This document shows positions 49,201 through 63,814 of a DNA stretch of 64,000 nucleotides, one piece after another. Made by a program: the position numbers and the translations under genes. Below the pieces are notes generated by a model, which saw only the letters and a program-made list of their open reading frames with translations, searched no databases and was not told the origin of the DNA. This DNA is from Cycas panzhihuaensis (lineage: Eukaryota; Plantae; Cycadophyta): the NCBI GenBank assembly GCA_023213395.1, contig CM041465.1, positions 76,639,741 to 76,703,740 of the forward strand, read 5' to 3'. Position 1 is the stretch's first letter, and each line of letters begins with the position of its first letter.

Positions 49201-50440
49201 GAGTTTAGTCGCCCAAATGGGTTGGAAAGTTTATCAGATGGATGTGAAAAGTGCTTTCCTCATGGATATATCAAAGAAGACATCTATGTCACTCAACCCC
49301 TCAGTTTTGAAGTCAGGGGAGAAGATAACAAAGTGTACAAATTAAAGAAGGCACTATATGGTCTAAAATAAGCACCTAGGGCTTGGCATTCCTACATAGA
49401 CAAGTATTTTAGAGATCAAGGATTTGAGAGATCTCAAGTAGATCCAAACTTATACACTCAAATCAAGAGAAGTTCAATCTTGATTGTAGGACTTTATGTG
49501 GATGACCTAGTTTATACTGGAAATGACTCCCATCTTTTACATCAGTTTAAAGATGCTATGTATAAGAAATTCAAGATGATAGACTTATGCCTCATGCATT
49601 ACTTCCTAGGATTGGAAGTCTAGCAGGATAAATAAGGAAACTTCATCTCTTAATGCAATTATATATTAGATTTACTATAAAGGTTCAGAATGATAGATTG
49701 CAAACCATTGGCAACCCCAGTAGAAACTGGAATCAAACTATCTAAGATAGATGATTCGACTTCAATTGATCCAACTCTCTATAGACAACTCATTGGTAGC
49801 CTAATATATTTGACATCTACTCGACCAGATATAACACACTCAGTTAGTGTTATGTCCAAGTTCATGCAGGATCTAAATGCCTCCCATTAGTAAGCTGGCA
49901 AAAGAATCCTTAGATAAAGGGACTTTAGACTTTGGGTTATATTACAAAACCACCTCCAAATTTTAGTTGATTGGTTACACAGATTCATATTAGGTAGGTG
50001 ATGTTGATGATAGAAAGTCTATAACAGATTATAAATAGTAGTATTCAGTTTGGAATCAGCAGTAGTAGCTTGAAGTATAAAGAAGTAAAATGCCATCTCC
50101 TTATCTACAACCAAGGCAGAATATAAAGCAATAGTTACAGGAGCTTGTGAATCAATATGGTTAAGAAGACTTTTACAGGATTTTCAGAATAAACAATAAG
50201 GTCCCACTCGAATTTAGTGTGACAATCAAAGCACTATCCAAATGGCTAAAAATCTGGTATTCCATGGTAGAATAAAACATATTGAGACTCAACACCACTT
50301 CATCTGGAAATTTGTACAATCAGACGAGATCAAGTTAGCTTATTGTAGCACTGAAGATCAGACAACAAATATTTTTACAAAGGCTTTGGAAAAGATCAAA
50401 TTCAAGAAGTTTTGAGAAAATTTGGGAGTTATCCACATTA
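46229..50440 (+). pseudogene. gag-pol of element A (gag, zinc knuckle, protease, integrase, RT, RNase H)
   Basis: KFDGNNFLNW..M...L..NDMWEVV; CTYFHRSCHIEDKY; WYIDSGCSTHMT; KNLLSVGQM; CLLGKHHRESF; LRSDNGG; WKVYQMDVKSAFL; LYVDDL; TSTRPDI; DNQSTI..AKN.VFHGR.KHIE. Many stops. Confidence 0.95.
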
Positions 50441-50456
50441 GGCTTATGGGGGAGAG

Positions 50457-50800
50457 TGTTAGGACTAACCCCAATGTCACTAAAGAACTGTACACCTAGG
50501 GCCCCTCAATGCCACCTTTGAGGCCGCCTAGGGCACCTAGAGCCTACCAATAGCCACCTGGAGCTAACACAACTTTATTAAGGTATGCACATTATTTATT
50601 ATTATTATTTTTTAATATTGTTTGAATTATTTGTTGGCTAATGTATAGGTCGGGTGATGGCACTTGTTGCCTCCCCAAAATTCTATTCAAGGGGTGGGAA
50701 TACCTCCCTGATGTTTTTTAACACCACCAACTTTGGAAATCACTTGTTTACTCAAGATGTGTGCAATCTAATGTCTTGCTTTGCTCCTCTAAATCCATCA
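50457..50800 (+). repeat. 3' LTR of element A
   Basis: Direct repeat of 41519-41862, preceded by the PPT. Confidence 0.95.
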
Positions 50801-53800
50801 TATATTTCACTTTGCATTAGGGTTGTAGGCTTGCTACTAATTATCTAAGTCTTTATTTGGTAGTTTTTAGTCCCTATTTGGGTTGTACAATCATTGTATA
50901 ACTCTATGGCCTCTGTTTCTTTTATTACTTTATTATGGTACTATACTCAACATAATTTTGTGAAATTTGAGGCGTGTCTCTGTAGTGGGCATCCCAAGCT
51001 ACTTGTAAATTTTTGTCTCAATTTGAGCTCTATATAAGTAGAACAAACCTTCTAAGTATTCTCGCATGTGTGTAAACATCATGCTCTTTGTACGATTACA
51101 AATTTAATTTTTTTTTCATTTGTTTTTTCACAAAGTTTATTAAATTAAACTTTATTTGATAAAAATTTGAAGTTAAGCCCCCTCCAATCTCAACTACTAG
51201 TTACTTTTAACTCTCATATGACCTCATTACTCTAGTTTTAAGGGGTAAATTCTAAATTTTATAAACTCTTTTTTAATATTTTGGATTTAGGAGGATTTAA
51301 CTCTATTTAATAATATTTAAAATCCACCAACCCTCTTTGCATACTAACAATAAGTCGTATGTGATAGCCAAGTGACCCAGGGGCTCCAATTCGAAAGGAC
51401 TTAAGGCCCCCTCTTTAGTTTTTTAACCATAAGTAATATGCTTCATTATTTTGTTAATATCTCCCTAACCAAGAGTTCATTTTTCAAATAGTTGGATCTG
51501 TTGGAAAGCTAACTCAGTGATCCATGTAATGAAACTATTTTCATACTAATTTAAAATTATTTTATAGGTGTTTTAGGCTAATAAATTTAGCCCTCTTATT
51601 TAATACTAGTTTAAGCTTTTTTAATCATTTTTAAAGTAATTTATTAACTTTATTGAAGGATATTCATGTTATATTGATATACTAGCCTATTTTGATAGAT
51701 TTCACTTTAAAATTGAAGTCTTATATGTGGTTTTTAGCTAAATTTATATAAATTAGCCTCTTGAAGAAGAAGGAAAATATTTGGACACCATCTTACAAAT
51801 AAAGAGCTTTCTAACCCTTAATTTACTTCATTTTAAACCTTCTATTTCATTTACAACTCATTCTATTTCATTTTAAGACTCATTTAAAGCTCCTTTTAGT
51901 TCATTTAAAGGTTATTTTATTTCATTTTAAAACTTTATTTAAAGCTTATTTAAAGCTCATTTTATTACACTTCAAAGCTAATTTTATTGCATTTCATAGC
52001 TTATTTTATTTTTATATTCATTTCATGTCATTTTAGAGCTCACTTATTTCATTTAAAAGCTCATGTTATCTCATATTTGTTTCATTTAAAAGCTTATTTC
52101 ATTTCATTTTATTATATTTTTCAAGTTATTCTTATTTGTTATTAAAAGGAACCTTTATTTATTAATAAGACTATATCTAAAATTAATTCTCACATTAAAA
52201 AGATAAATTCTTAAATGAACAACCCTTTTTCTAGCCTTCTAAGAGGAATGGTTAAGACCCCTAAAGTTACCGTTCCGCATACGTCTTTGGTGGACTCTAA
52301 ATTGTTAAGGAAGCCATTGACTATTAAGTGTATACGGTCACTGGTTAAGGTGGAGTACCCTATCTTTTTAGAACTTGGAGACCAAGCTAGACCTAAGGGG
52401 ATGAGTGCCTTAGTTTGAAAAGCTTTCACCACTAGATCTGTTGCTAGACATAAGTCTGACACAGGTGTCAATAGATCAAGGGGGTCTTGTACCTTCTTAG
52501 CAGCCCGTATATTGGGGTATATAAACTCTAGCACTAATATATTAGTATATTGGGTCATTGATTTACCACTTATGGGTAGGCAAAACTATACAGGATAATA
52601 ACCAAAAGCTTCCTTTGGAGACCCAAAACCTTAAAGCCTAATAACCTTTTTAGGTAATAGAACACATTATTTTTAAAACTATCATTGGGAGAACATTTGA
52701 ATAAACTTAATTTTGAAACATAATGGCTACAAACTTTAGTAATATGATCATTTGTAAATTTGATGGATTAAATTTCTTAAATCATAATAGGAGGATAAGA
52801 CCCATCCTCATAACTAAATACATATAGGATATTGTGAAGACAAGATATACAAAAGTTGGTGAGAATACCACTCTAGTAGAAAAATAAGACTATAACAAAT
52901 GTGTAAAGAAGGATAATAAAGTATTAACATTAATCTTTTATGTTATAGAAGATCATATTTTCCCAAGAGTTAGTGAGGCATCAAAATCCAAAGAAGTATG
53001 GGATACATTACAACTTATCTATGAAGAAGTTGCTTCATAAAAACTCCAAATATTAAGGAGTAAATTTGAAAACTTAAGGATGTCACCGAAGGATACCATT
53101 AATGAGTTTATAACAAAAATTCAAGATCTTGTGAACCAAATTAGATCTCTTGCAGAAATACTTACAAAACAAAGAGTTGTGGAATGAATACTTAGGTGTG
53201 TTTGTAAAATTAAAAGGTTTGATATAGTATCCATAAGTATAGAGGTATCTAAGGACCTAATCACCTTGAAAATATAACAATTGAGTGCTATGTTGATGGC
53301 TGTTGAAGAAAAGAAGGGGTACCAATGAATCCTTAGGACATGCCTTTACAATAAAAGCTAGAATCAAATCTAATGGCCAAGCTAAAAGCTCAAGGACAAG
53401 GAATCAATTCCCAAGAAGAGGAGAGAGGAATCAAAGACAAGATGCACACCAAGAGCAACATCCTAAATACTAAGCTTCTTATCAAAGACATCGAGGATCC
53501 AATCAAAGATACCCAAGTCAACATAGATACTAAAGCTAAGAAAGATATCAAGATATTAGCCAATTTTATTATAATTACCAATGCCAAAGCAATTTTTAAA
53601 GGCCCAATTTAAATTATCTAAGTAATAGACAAAGAGATAACTAAGGCCCATATTTAGAAAGGGGAAGGACATCTTCTATAGATAGAGGAACCCCTAGAAG
53701 TAGGAGTCTAAGTCAAAGAGGAAGAGATCCTATCCATTGCATATATTGTCATAAAGTTGGCCATACTGAAGATAAATGCTTTACCAAAAATGACCCTCCA

Positions 53801-54874
53801 ACAAGAGGCAGTACTAATATGGTCATTGAAAATAGAAAAAATCATCACCTATTTTTATCAAGCTTTATTGCCCATGAAGAAGAAGATTATTGGTATATAG
53901 ACTCTAGATGCTCCACACATATAACATACAAGGAAGAGATAGTCCAAACTATTGACATGTCTAAGAAGGACATAATCATGTTTAATGATGATACATCTCA
54001 TAAATCTAGTGGAAGGGGTAAAGTCATCATCATAATAGATTTAGAAGAAAATAGATATCTTGATGATATTCTCCATGTTTTGACTCTCAAGAAAAATCTC
54101 TTATCTGTGGGACAGATGATGGAATATGGCTGTAAGATTATGTTTGATAATAACGAATGTACCATCAAGGATAAAAAGAAAAATAAAGTTGTTGCTAAAG
54201 GAAAGATTACTAGCGATAGACTCTTCAAGTTAGTCATAACCCATTCAAATAATTATATATTAAAAATAATAACCAAGATAGATAGTGATATATGGCATAA
54301 AAGGTTTGGCCACTTAAACTATAGAAACCTAGTCCTCATGAAAAAAATGAATATGGTTAAAGGTCTACCTCGAATTGAAACTAATAAGGACATTTGTGAG
54401 GGATTCCTCTTAAGCAAATAACATAGAGAAAGTTTTCCTAATGGAAATTATCGAGATAAGGGGCCATTTCAATTAATTTACATAGATATTTATGGTCCAA
54501 TGAACATCCCATCTCTAGTAGGTGCAAAATATTTCCTCATTTTTATTGATGATTATATAAGGAAGACATGGGTTTACTTCTTAAAATTCAAGTCAGATAC
54601 ATTTCAATGCTTTGTGGACTTCAAAATCTTTATGGAGAAGCAAAGTAACCGTAAAATAACTTTTTAAGATTAGATAATAGAGGAGAGTTTATTTCCAATG
54701 AATTTAATGCCTATTGTGCCTACCATGGCATAAAAGATAATATATAAACCCCTACACACCATAATAAAATAGGGTTGTTAAATGTAAGAACCATACCATA
54801 GTTGAAATGGCTAGGTGCATGCTTAAAAATAAGAAATTGAGACATGAATTTTGAGCAAAAGTTGTTCATACTAC

Positions 54875-55241
54875 TGTTAGGGATATAACCCCTAACTTAC
54901 CTTCTCTTATATCTTCTACTTCTCCCTTATATCTTCTATATCTTCTACTTCTTCCCTCTTCTTAATATCCTACATGCATAAGTAGAAGGTTGTGTAGTGG
55001 TCATTGAGCACTATATATTTTCATGTAATATCCTATATGCACAAGTAGAAGGTTATGTAGTAAGCATAAAGCCATACATATATTTATATAATCCTTAGAG
55101 TAGGATATCTTCAATGTCATTATTATTGCATGTAATTGAGAGGTTGCCTCCTCGAAGGGTATTGTAATACAAGTGCTATTTTTGGAGTTATTTGCATGTT
55201 ATGTTGGTGCATAATTATCATTAAAGAGTGGTATCCTATTA
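54875..55241. mobile_element. Solo LTR inserted in the integrase of element B
   Basis: Starts TGTTAGGGAT, with TSD ACTAC at 54870-54874 and 55242-55246. Removing it restores VVHTTVYLLN. Confidence 0.88.
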
Positions 55242-55686
55242 ACTACAGTATATCTCCTAAACAAGTATACCACTAAAGCTCTTAGGTGGATGACACTAGA
55301 AGAAGCATAAACATGTCACAAACATAGTATTTATCACTTAAGAGTATTTGGATGTTTTACCTTTTCCCACATTCAAGAACAAAAAAGGACTAAACTTGAT
55401 GACAAAAGCATAAATTGTATATTTATTAGATATGGTGATGTGTCAAAATCCTATAAGGTGTATGATTCAAAGGAAAGGAAAGTTATTATTAGCAAGGATA
55501 TTATATTTAAGGAAGATGACTTCTATCAACCAGATTGTATCTAAGATAAAGGCAAAAGCATTGGGATTAAGTTTCATTCATCTCCAAGGTCCACATATGT
55601 GCCACGTAGACCAGACCCTAGACCAAGTGATGAGGGAACCTCCACTCAATCTTAAAAGTTTCCTAAATAGGATCAAAGAGGATATG

Positions 55687-56073
55687 ACCTACACAACATA
55701 TTAGATAGTAACTTTAAAAGGAGATCCACTCATTTAAATCAAGTTAACTTTATCCTTATGAGTCATGTAATGGAAGCCAATGAGCCTCATACCTTTGAAG
55801 CAACAAATACTCAAGATGAATGGAGAAATACTATAGAAGATGAGTATAACTCTATAGTGAAGAATGATACGTAGGAACTTACCTACACAACATAGTAGAT
55901 AGTAACTTTAAAAGGAGATCCACTCGTTTAAATCAAGTTAACTTTATCCTTATGAGTCAAGTAATGGAAGCCAATGAGCCTCATACCTGAAGTGACAAAT
56001 ACTCAAGATGAATGGAGAAATACTATAGAAGATGAGTATAACTCTATAGTGAAGAATGATATGTAGGAACTTA
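55687..56073 (+). repeat. 194-bp tandem duplication at the INT-RT junction of element B
   Basis: ACCTACACAACATA...GTAGGAACTTA at 55687 and 55881. Confidence 0.95.
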
Positions 56074-57187
56074 TTAATCTTCCTCCCAATAAAATAGCCA
56101 TTAGAACCAAATGGGTCTATAAGACCAAGTTAATATCTGATGGATCTATTACCAAACATAAAGCTAGACTTGTTGCCAAGGGCTATGTATAAAGAGAAGA
56201 CATATACTATAATTAAACCTTTGCTCCTATTGCTTAAATAGAGATTGTTTATATGATGTTAAGTCTAGCAGCCAAAAAAGATTAGGATGTTCACCAAATA
56301 GACATCAAGAGCCCTTTTCTCAATGGCTACATTATAGAGGAAATATATGTTCAACAACCAAAAGGTTTTAAAGTTAGAGGAAAAGAGAATAAAGTGTATA
56401 AACTTAAAAAAGTGTTTTATGGTTTGAAACAAGCATCTAGAGCATGGTAGTCTAGGATAGATAAATATTTCAGAGATCAAGGATTTGAGAGAGCCTAATC
56501 GGGTCTAAACCTATACATCAAAAGTAAGGGAGACTCCATATTGATTATGGGACTTTATGTTGATGACTTGGTCTATACAAAAAATAATTCTCATCTTTCT
56601 TAAAAGTTCAAGGATGACATGTACAGAGAGTTTGAAATGCCAGACTTGGGGCTAATGCATTACTTCCTAGGATTGGAAGTATGGTAAGATGATGATGGCA
56701 TCTTTATTTCCTAAAGGAAATATACCTTAAACTTACTCCAAAAGTTCAAGATAAATGACTACAAAGCATTGGCCACACTAGTAGAAGTTGGAATTTAACT
56801 GTCCAAACTTGATGATTCTACCCCTATTGATCTTATATTATATAGATAATTAATTGGCAACCTAATTTATTTGACATCAACATGACCAAATATTACGCAT
56901 TCAGTTAGTGTTATGTCAAGATTTATGTAAGATCTTAAAACTACACATTGACAAGCAACTAAACAAATTCTAAGTTATCTAAAAGCTACTTTAGATTGTG
57001 GACTATATTACAAACTTTCATCAAATTTTAGCTTGTTCCAGTATACATGTTCAAATTAGGGAGGTGATGTTGATGACAGAAAATCTACATCTAAATACAC
57101 CTTCAGTTTAGGTTCAACTTTTATAGCATGGAGTATCAAAAATTAAAATACCGTCTCCTTATCCATTGTTGAAGTATAATATAGGTA

Positions 57188-60100
57188 TGTTGGGATAATA
57201 CCCCTTGTGAAATGGTGTGCAAGCCACCAAAGCTAACCTCAGGCCCCTAAATGACTACCTCGGGCTACCAAGAGCCAACACACAGCCACCATCTGCCAAC
57301 CAGGTAAGTATTATGTGTTATTTTATTTATTTTTTATTATTTGTTACTAATGTCAGGTTGAGGTGGTCCTCTACCTCCCCAAACTATATATTTAACGGGA
57401 GTACCTCCTTGGTGTTTTTTAACACTGCCCTTCTTTCTACGGAGATTATTTACATGCTCTCAACTATGGATTAACTTGTGATTGAACTGCACCATCCTTA
57501 TTACCAACATTTGGTATCATATCCTACCAGGTTCATGTTGCAATATTCTGTTCATCATTATTTCATTAAAATTATTATATTTTATATTGAAACTTACTAC
57601 ATTATTAATATATTTTCATATAGTGCTAATTTAATTGTGTACACATTGTATCTACATGAGTGCTCCTCCGTTTAGCATCCTACGATATGCTCTATATGTT
57701 GTATGGCCCTTCAACATCCTTGCATCACTTAGTGGCTTCATACGACCTTGTGCAATCCTCTAGCATTATTGCGTGTCATTTCTCAACTATTCTGGCCTAT
57801 GTGTAAGCCATGTGTCTCTTTGTTGAAGCTCCAGCTCTTACGTGAGCCCTTTGATGCCCATGTGACCTTTGTGTATCCTTCGTGTACCCTATGTCCCTCT
57901 GTTGATCATCCAAGCTCCCTACATGGTGTCCCAACATGTTTCTCATGCTCTGCGGCCCCTACGACTATCTCTTTTACTCTGTGAAGCCCTGTATGAGCTC
58001 TCTGTTGGAATTTTGTCTCTGCGTGAGCTACATCTCTCTATGTTGTCTCTATTATTTGCACACTATATGACATCTATATGTCACTACTCGTTGTTCCTCT
58101 AAGATCCTCGAGTAACCTCGAGTAGTTGAGAAGATCCCTAAGAGGTTTTTTATCTAATTTACTTGATTAATTCTCTATTTTCTTTTTTTTTAAGACCAAA
58201 GAGGATTCCTTAATTTCAAATCACTGTTGCTCTCTTCTATGTTGATAAAACTAGCACATATGTATATTCACTTCATATGTCTTTGAGTCATTTAGCTAGT
58301 AGAGAAGACAAATCTTAATTTTGTCCATCTGTTTGTGAGAAATCTTCTCCAAATCACTAGGATATTCGTTCGTTTACGTAAACCCCTACGTACGATTAAA
58401 TTTAGTTTTATTTTATTTATTTCTAAAGTTTAAATTTAATTTAATTTAATTTGATAATATTTGAGTTTTGGTCATGTAACTTGGTATTAACCCTCCTCTA
58501 GCCTTAGCCCCTAGTCCTATTTGCTCCATATGACCTTCTTTTTAGTGGATTTCAAATAATAATAAACTATATTTTATAAATTTTGATTATTCAAACGCTA
58601 TATTTCATATTCTATATTTTTTGAATTCCTATCCCCCCTTCGGGCCTTAGTAAGTGGTCATATTGACCCCCATGTGACCAGACCTTATTGATCAAAGGGG
58701 CTTAACCCCCCTCCTTCTTGGTTTTAATTCTTAAAAGATATCCTTGTGTTGTTTCTTTAATATCTTAAGTTCTAGAACTTCGTTTTTTGTATGGTTAGAT
58801 TCGTCAAAAAGATTTTTTAATGATCTAAGCACTGGAATAGTTTTCATTGTGATTTAATGTTATTTTATAGGTCTTTGATGCTATTCAATTTGAGGCTTTG
58901 ATTTGGTCCTAGTTAGACAAAATTACTAATATTTTGAGCAAAGTTTTATACTCTAACTAAATATACTTGTTTAATATATAGGTATTAATTAATTATTTAA
59001 TCTTTGATTGTTTTTAGAGGCTTACAATTGCTTTTGCAACCTTCTAAACTCATTTTGGCTTCTTAAAGATCAAGAGCCTCGTTTGTGATCAAAGCATCAA
59101 ACTATTATTATTTATAAGTGTCATTCTCTTTCTTTAGGATATAAATCTAAATCTAAAAGATTTCTTAATGCTTATTTTGGTTATTTAAAGTTTTTTTTAA
59201 CCTCCTTAAATACTTCAAGTTGCACTTAGATTGCATGTGACTCTATAAAGGAGCATTCTTTCATTTCATTCTCATTGATCAAAGAAATATTTGCTAGAAA
59301 ATTTATATATCTCAAACTTCTTGATTCACCAGTTAAAGGAATATTTCATTTGCTTTAAAACCATTATATTTTGAAAACTTAATAAATTTATTATAGTGCA
59401 TAGCTATAAGTTATTTTTTGGAACTCTAAGCCTTTTAAAGCATGCTTCATTGAAGCATCTCATTATGTACTTACTTGCTTACTTCATAGATCTTCATTTT
59501 AAAGAGTCATATATTCATCATTACTTGAAAAGATCATAGTTTGAATATTGATCTTCATTTATAAAAGTTGAATTGCCTTACATTCTTTAATGAACCTTTT
59601 AACTATCTTTAACTAAAAGGCATTTGAACATTGAAAGTTTCATTTCTTTGATTCTTTTTTTTTAGCTCTTTATTGATTAATTATATTTTTTAGAAAGAGT
59701 ACATATAGTTTCCTTAAAAAGGAAGTTGTTTACTTTAATTTTCAAAGGAGGATTTATTATTTTTCAATTCAAAAGATAATTGATTACATATTTTCATTCA
59801 TTCGATGTTTATTTTACTTCATTATTAAGAAGAAATATTTTCATCTTATTCCTGTGTTACTATGTTATTTTTGAATAGTAAAATTCATTGAAAAGTATCA
59901 TCTATCATTTTTCATTTGAAAAGTATAAGCTTTACTTATTATTAAAGTTTCTTTCATTTCTTAATTTTAAAAGGAATCATTTTTTAATTAAGCAAGACCA
60001 CATTAATACTTATCTATCTCATATTAAGAAAGATAATCACCTGAATTAACCTCCTCATTTTTAGCCTTACAAGAGGAATGATTAGGACCCCTAAAGTTAC

Positions 60101-60214
60101 CACCATGCATACATCTTTGGCCTACTCATATTAGATGAGGAACATCACTGGCTATTAAATATATTAGGTGGTAGGTTGAGGTGAGAAACTTGTCTAATTT
60201 TGGAGTTTGGAGAC
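57188..60214 (+). mobile_element. 5' part of long-leader copia element C (LTR, PBS, leader), interrupted at 60214
   Basis: LTR 57188-57509 resembles the LTRs of element A. PBS TGGTATCA at 57512, and leader blocks homologous to A and B. Confidence 0.85.
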
Positions 60215-62989
60215 TGGAATTGCATCTGCAGGATGGTCACTATGCTTAGTAGGGGTTGAGGTGGTCAAAAGCCAATGCTGGGGTATGGATGGAATCCTAT
60301 AAGCAGAAGAGAACACTACACAGGGTATCTGTGTACTGGAGCGCGAGTTCGGGACCTACAAATGATGCCTAAATTCCTCGAAGTAGCTTTCGCTTTTGGT
60401 TTTGAGAGGCGAGATACACACAGGAGTATCTCGGGCAGTCCCAAAGGGTAAGGTCCTCCCACCCTTGGATGGCTGGAAGGGAGGAGGAGAGACCCACGAA
60501 GGAGGGGTTCCTATAGCGAAGCAATGTAAGACAGGGTACAATAGGTAAAGGGTATAAGACAAGTGCGGATAGGCCCCCCTTAGGCTAATTAGCCTAAGGT
60601 GAATCTAAACAAAGAAGGGAATGGCGAAAGGGGTCTAAGAGCTACACTCCCTCTTTCTCTTTTCTTTTCTAATAACAAAAGACAAAGAAAAAAAGAAAAC
60701 AAGCGTTTTGTGTGCACTTAAGCATGCATACTAAAGTGAAGTGCAATTAAGGGGTGCTTTCGATTTAGGTAAGAAAAAGGGGGAGGTGCAATCCCTATTA
60801 TATCCTTTTTCCTATAAAAGTAACCATGCGGCACATATATGTAAAGTGAATACAAATAAATTGATTTGTTACCCTTTTTGTCTTTATGTGACTTATTATA
60901 CAAATACAACAGATGACTAATAAAAGTACAAAAAGAAGGAGGTGGAGGAAGGGAGATGATGCATACTTGGAAAGTGAAGCGGTTGATGGGAAACCTCACT
61001 TGTATGCCACGTATGGCCTCCCATCCTTAGTTGATATATAACCATAGTTGGAGTGAAAGTGAAGTGGGGGCTTCCTTACCTTCCCCATGTAAAGGACGAA
61101 ACAATGTGGGAAAGTAAAGAGAGCCAAAAACCATACAAGAAAGCAGAAAAATGGAAGAGGAAAGAAGGGTAAGGACTTATCCAAATTAGTGCATTATTTC
61201 CCTTCATAAACACTGCCGTAAACCTACAATCACAAAGGGTTTTCCCTTCCAAGAAGGGGCTGCCAAGATACAAGATACTATATAGGCAATGATACAAAAT
61301 AAATACTAAAATTTTGTACCTTAAGTTAATGAAACTACTACTTAAATAAACTCTGTTATCCTTTAAGAAAATAATATATACCAAGCAAGAAAGGAAGGCT
61401 AGCCTCAAGATGGCAAAAACCCACGCAAGTGGACCTCCACATATCCTCAGAATGTAAAAGTATGGTGGTTATGTGACAGCCTATGAGCAGCAAACAAGCA
61501 TGGAAGTGAATGCTATAGGACATGGGAGAGATGCCTAAGTAGCGGAGTCACTATGGGCAGTGAATCGTCACACCAGCCTTACCAAAGGTCCGGATGGATA
61601 CTGGATGATGTTTCAGGTTTAAAGAGGGCCTAAAGAGAGAGCGTGCAGGCCTAGAACCATCGCAGCAAGGGCTATGTATGTTGATATCCAGCGCAGACTT
61701 GGGTCTCACCAACTCTTAGTTTGCTCAAGGAAAGCACGAGCGCGAGAGAGGAAGGATGGGAAGGGGTTTGCCCTTGGGGAGTAGGTCTAAAAGGGACGGA
61801 TCCTACCTTAACTCCCTTCAACTAGTCCTTATGGACCCTTTCCTACAACTTTCTTAAGAGAAACCAATAGAGAATGGGAGAAAGCTTGAGGTATTGAAAC
61901 TAAAAATAGGAAAGAGCAATCCCTTTTACAGCAAAAACATAAAAAGGGGAAGATAGTATACTTTTAAACCAAGGCAAGGGGTACCTACTGGGCTATGTTA
62001 GGGGTAGATCTACCCCTGCAAACAGTGGCAGAGGGTAGGTCCTGCAAGGTTTGTAGGGTACCTCACAAAGTGGAGTTACAGGAGACACTTGCTGGATGAA
62101 AACTGAAGGATAAGCGCATATATCTCGCTTGGAAATGCTTGGTGGAGAGTCCTCTATCATATATCAGAGCTGCCTCAGGCGTATCCCTTACTGGAATGAT
62201 AGAACTCCAGTGTTGGAGGCGTACCTATGAAAAGAGAGGAAGGAGAGAGCAGAATTACAGTAGTAGAAAGTGTTGTTAGAGAGCCAAGAGAGGTGAAATG
62301 AGGTACTTTTCAGGATATATACCCATCCTAACCCTAATCGAGCAATTAGGGTTTGAGTAGGGCTGAGTTGGTAACTTATCCATGTGACAGTTCTGCAAAG
62401 AGAGTGAGAATTACCATGGCAGATAAAAAAAATAGTGAGCAATAGTCACACCATGGTAAACTTTGCGGTATAGCGGTAAACTTTACGGTACCATTTAGTT
62501 TATAGCGGTGCGAGGCTAGAATGCTAAAATAGCAATGGATAGGGTTATGGGAGCCCTAAATGGAGATGTGCTAGGTCTAGGAAGGGCTGGAGACAATCCA
62601 GGTGATATGTAGGCTAGACCAAATGGGACATTGGGAGTTAGGATTCCTAGAAATACTATGAGAGGATGCAAGATCAAGGTGTGAGCGGGCCACACGAGTT
62701 GGGCGAGGCTTGAGGTGACATGGAGGTGGCATGGATGGTTGTAGAGCGCCATGGGGATGCCTGCCTCGCAGAAAGGTAGGCCCCGCGGGTCGTCATAGGC
62801 TGAAAATATGACAAGCAGCATGATTAAATAATAGATGTAAGGTGATCACTCAAATGTGACAGTCAATCATGCAATGAGATAATGCTTCTATCTATCTTTC
62901 CAAAGAAACAATAAAGGTGAAAAGGAAGAAGCATATCTGTGCTTACTTGAGTCAATCTATCCATACCCATTCCCAGTAGTTAGGAAACA
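60215..62989 (-). repeat. Long (about 2.8 kb) 3' LTR of a minus-strand Ty3/gypsy (Tat-like) element
   Basis: Homology to the copia leader stops exactly at GGAGAC|TG (60215). On the minus strand, PPT AAGGGGGCAG is followed by TGTTTCC at 62989, and a TATA plus CT-rich tract lies near 62230-62320. The partner LTR is outside the window. Confidence 0.65.
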
Positions 62990-63399
62990 CTGCCCCCTTG
63001 GCAGTAGAGCCTCGTCACTCGGAAGCATGGTGCAATAGTGAATGCTGGCAACAAAACTATCCGTAGTACATGTATATATATCAATCATAATCATAACAAG
63101 GTCCATCATAATCATAATGCATAGATATGAGAACATGGATGGAGATAACATAAGGGTTGCTTATGCGCCACTTAGGAATCGATCGAAAACTATGACGGAT
63201 GAGGGGGATGCCCCCATCGTAATAGTGCAAAGAGAAGGTGTAATGATGACAAGAGAAAGAGTAAACGAGCAAACCTGATGGTCACCATAGTTTAACCTCA
63301 TTAGTGGCTAGCTTTTGGAGGTATGAACGGATCACAAAGTGAAATGCAAGATGGCTTGAGACTTGGGCAACAAGGCGATTGGGCAAGTCTCTCAAGGGT

Positions 63400-63814
63400 G
63401 GTCAACAAGAAGAGGGAGGCGACGCTCAAGGATGAGACGAACGAGGCTGTCCACCTCAGCATTGAGGACCCAAGGGATGTGTCGGATGTTGATAGACTAA
63501 AAACAAGCCAATAGGGACCTAGCGGTTGAAGCGAGGGCTCTCAAATATGGCTATCACACCTGGTAGACCTAGGTGAGATGGGACACCACCACCTGGGAGT
63601 CACAAAGAAGAACAATGGATCCGTGGTGAAAACGGAGCACATCGATGAGGGCTTTAATAACGCCTGTATACTCATCTTTATTATTAGTAACCTCAGGGAG
63701 GAAGACTCCAGAATGTAGGAAATCATGTCTAGAAGGGTCATGAAGAATCCACGCGGCAGTGGAGGGACCAAGATTATCGTGGCTTCTGCCATCAGTGAAG
63801 ATGAAGAGAGTCAT
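63400..63814 (-). pseudogene. Archaeal-type RNase HI (aRH) domain of a Tat-like gypsy element
   Basis: MTLFIFTDGRSHDNLGPSTAAW...TNNKDEYTGVIKAL...CDSQVVVSHLT*VYQV..PYL...F*SINIRHIPWVLNAEVDSL carries the D-E-D-D catalytic pattern, with internal stops. Confidence 0.88.

Larger units (their letters stand above)
52723..57187 (+). pseudogene. gag-pol of element B, interrupted by a solo LTR and cut in RNase H by element C
   Basis: CTYCHKVGHTEDKC; WYIDSRCSTHIT; WHKRFGHLN; FIDDY; KARLVAKGY; LYVDDL. Breaks at SLSIVEV*YR. Confidence 0.93.
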
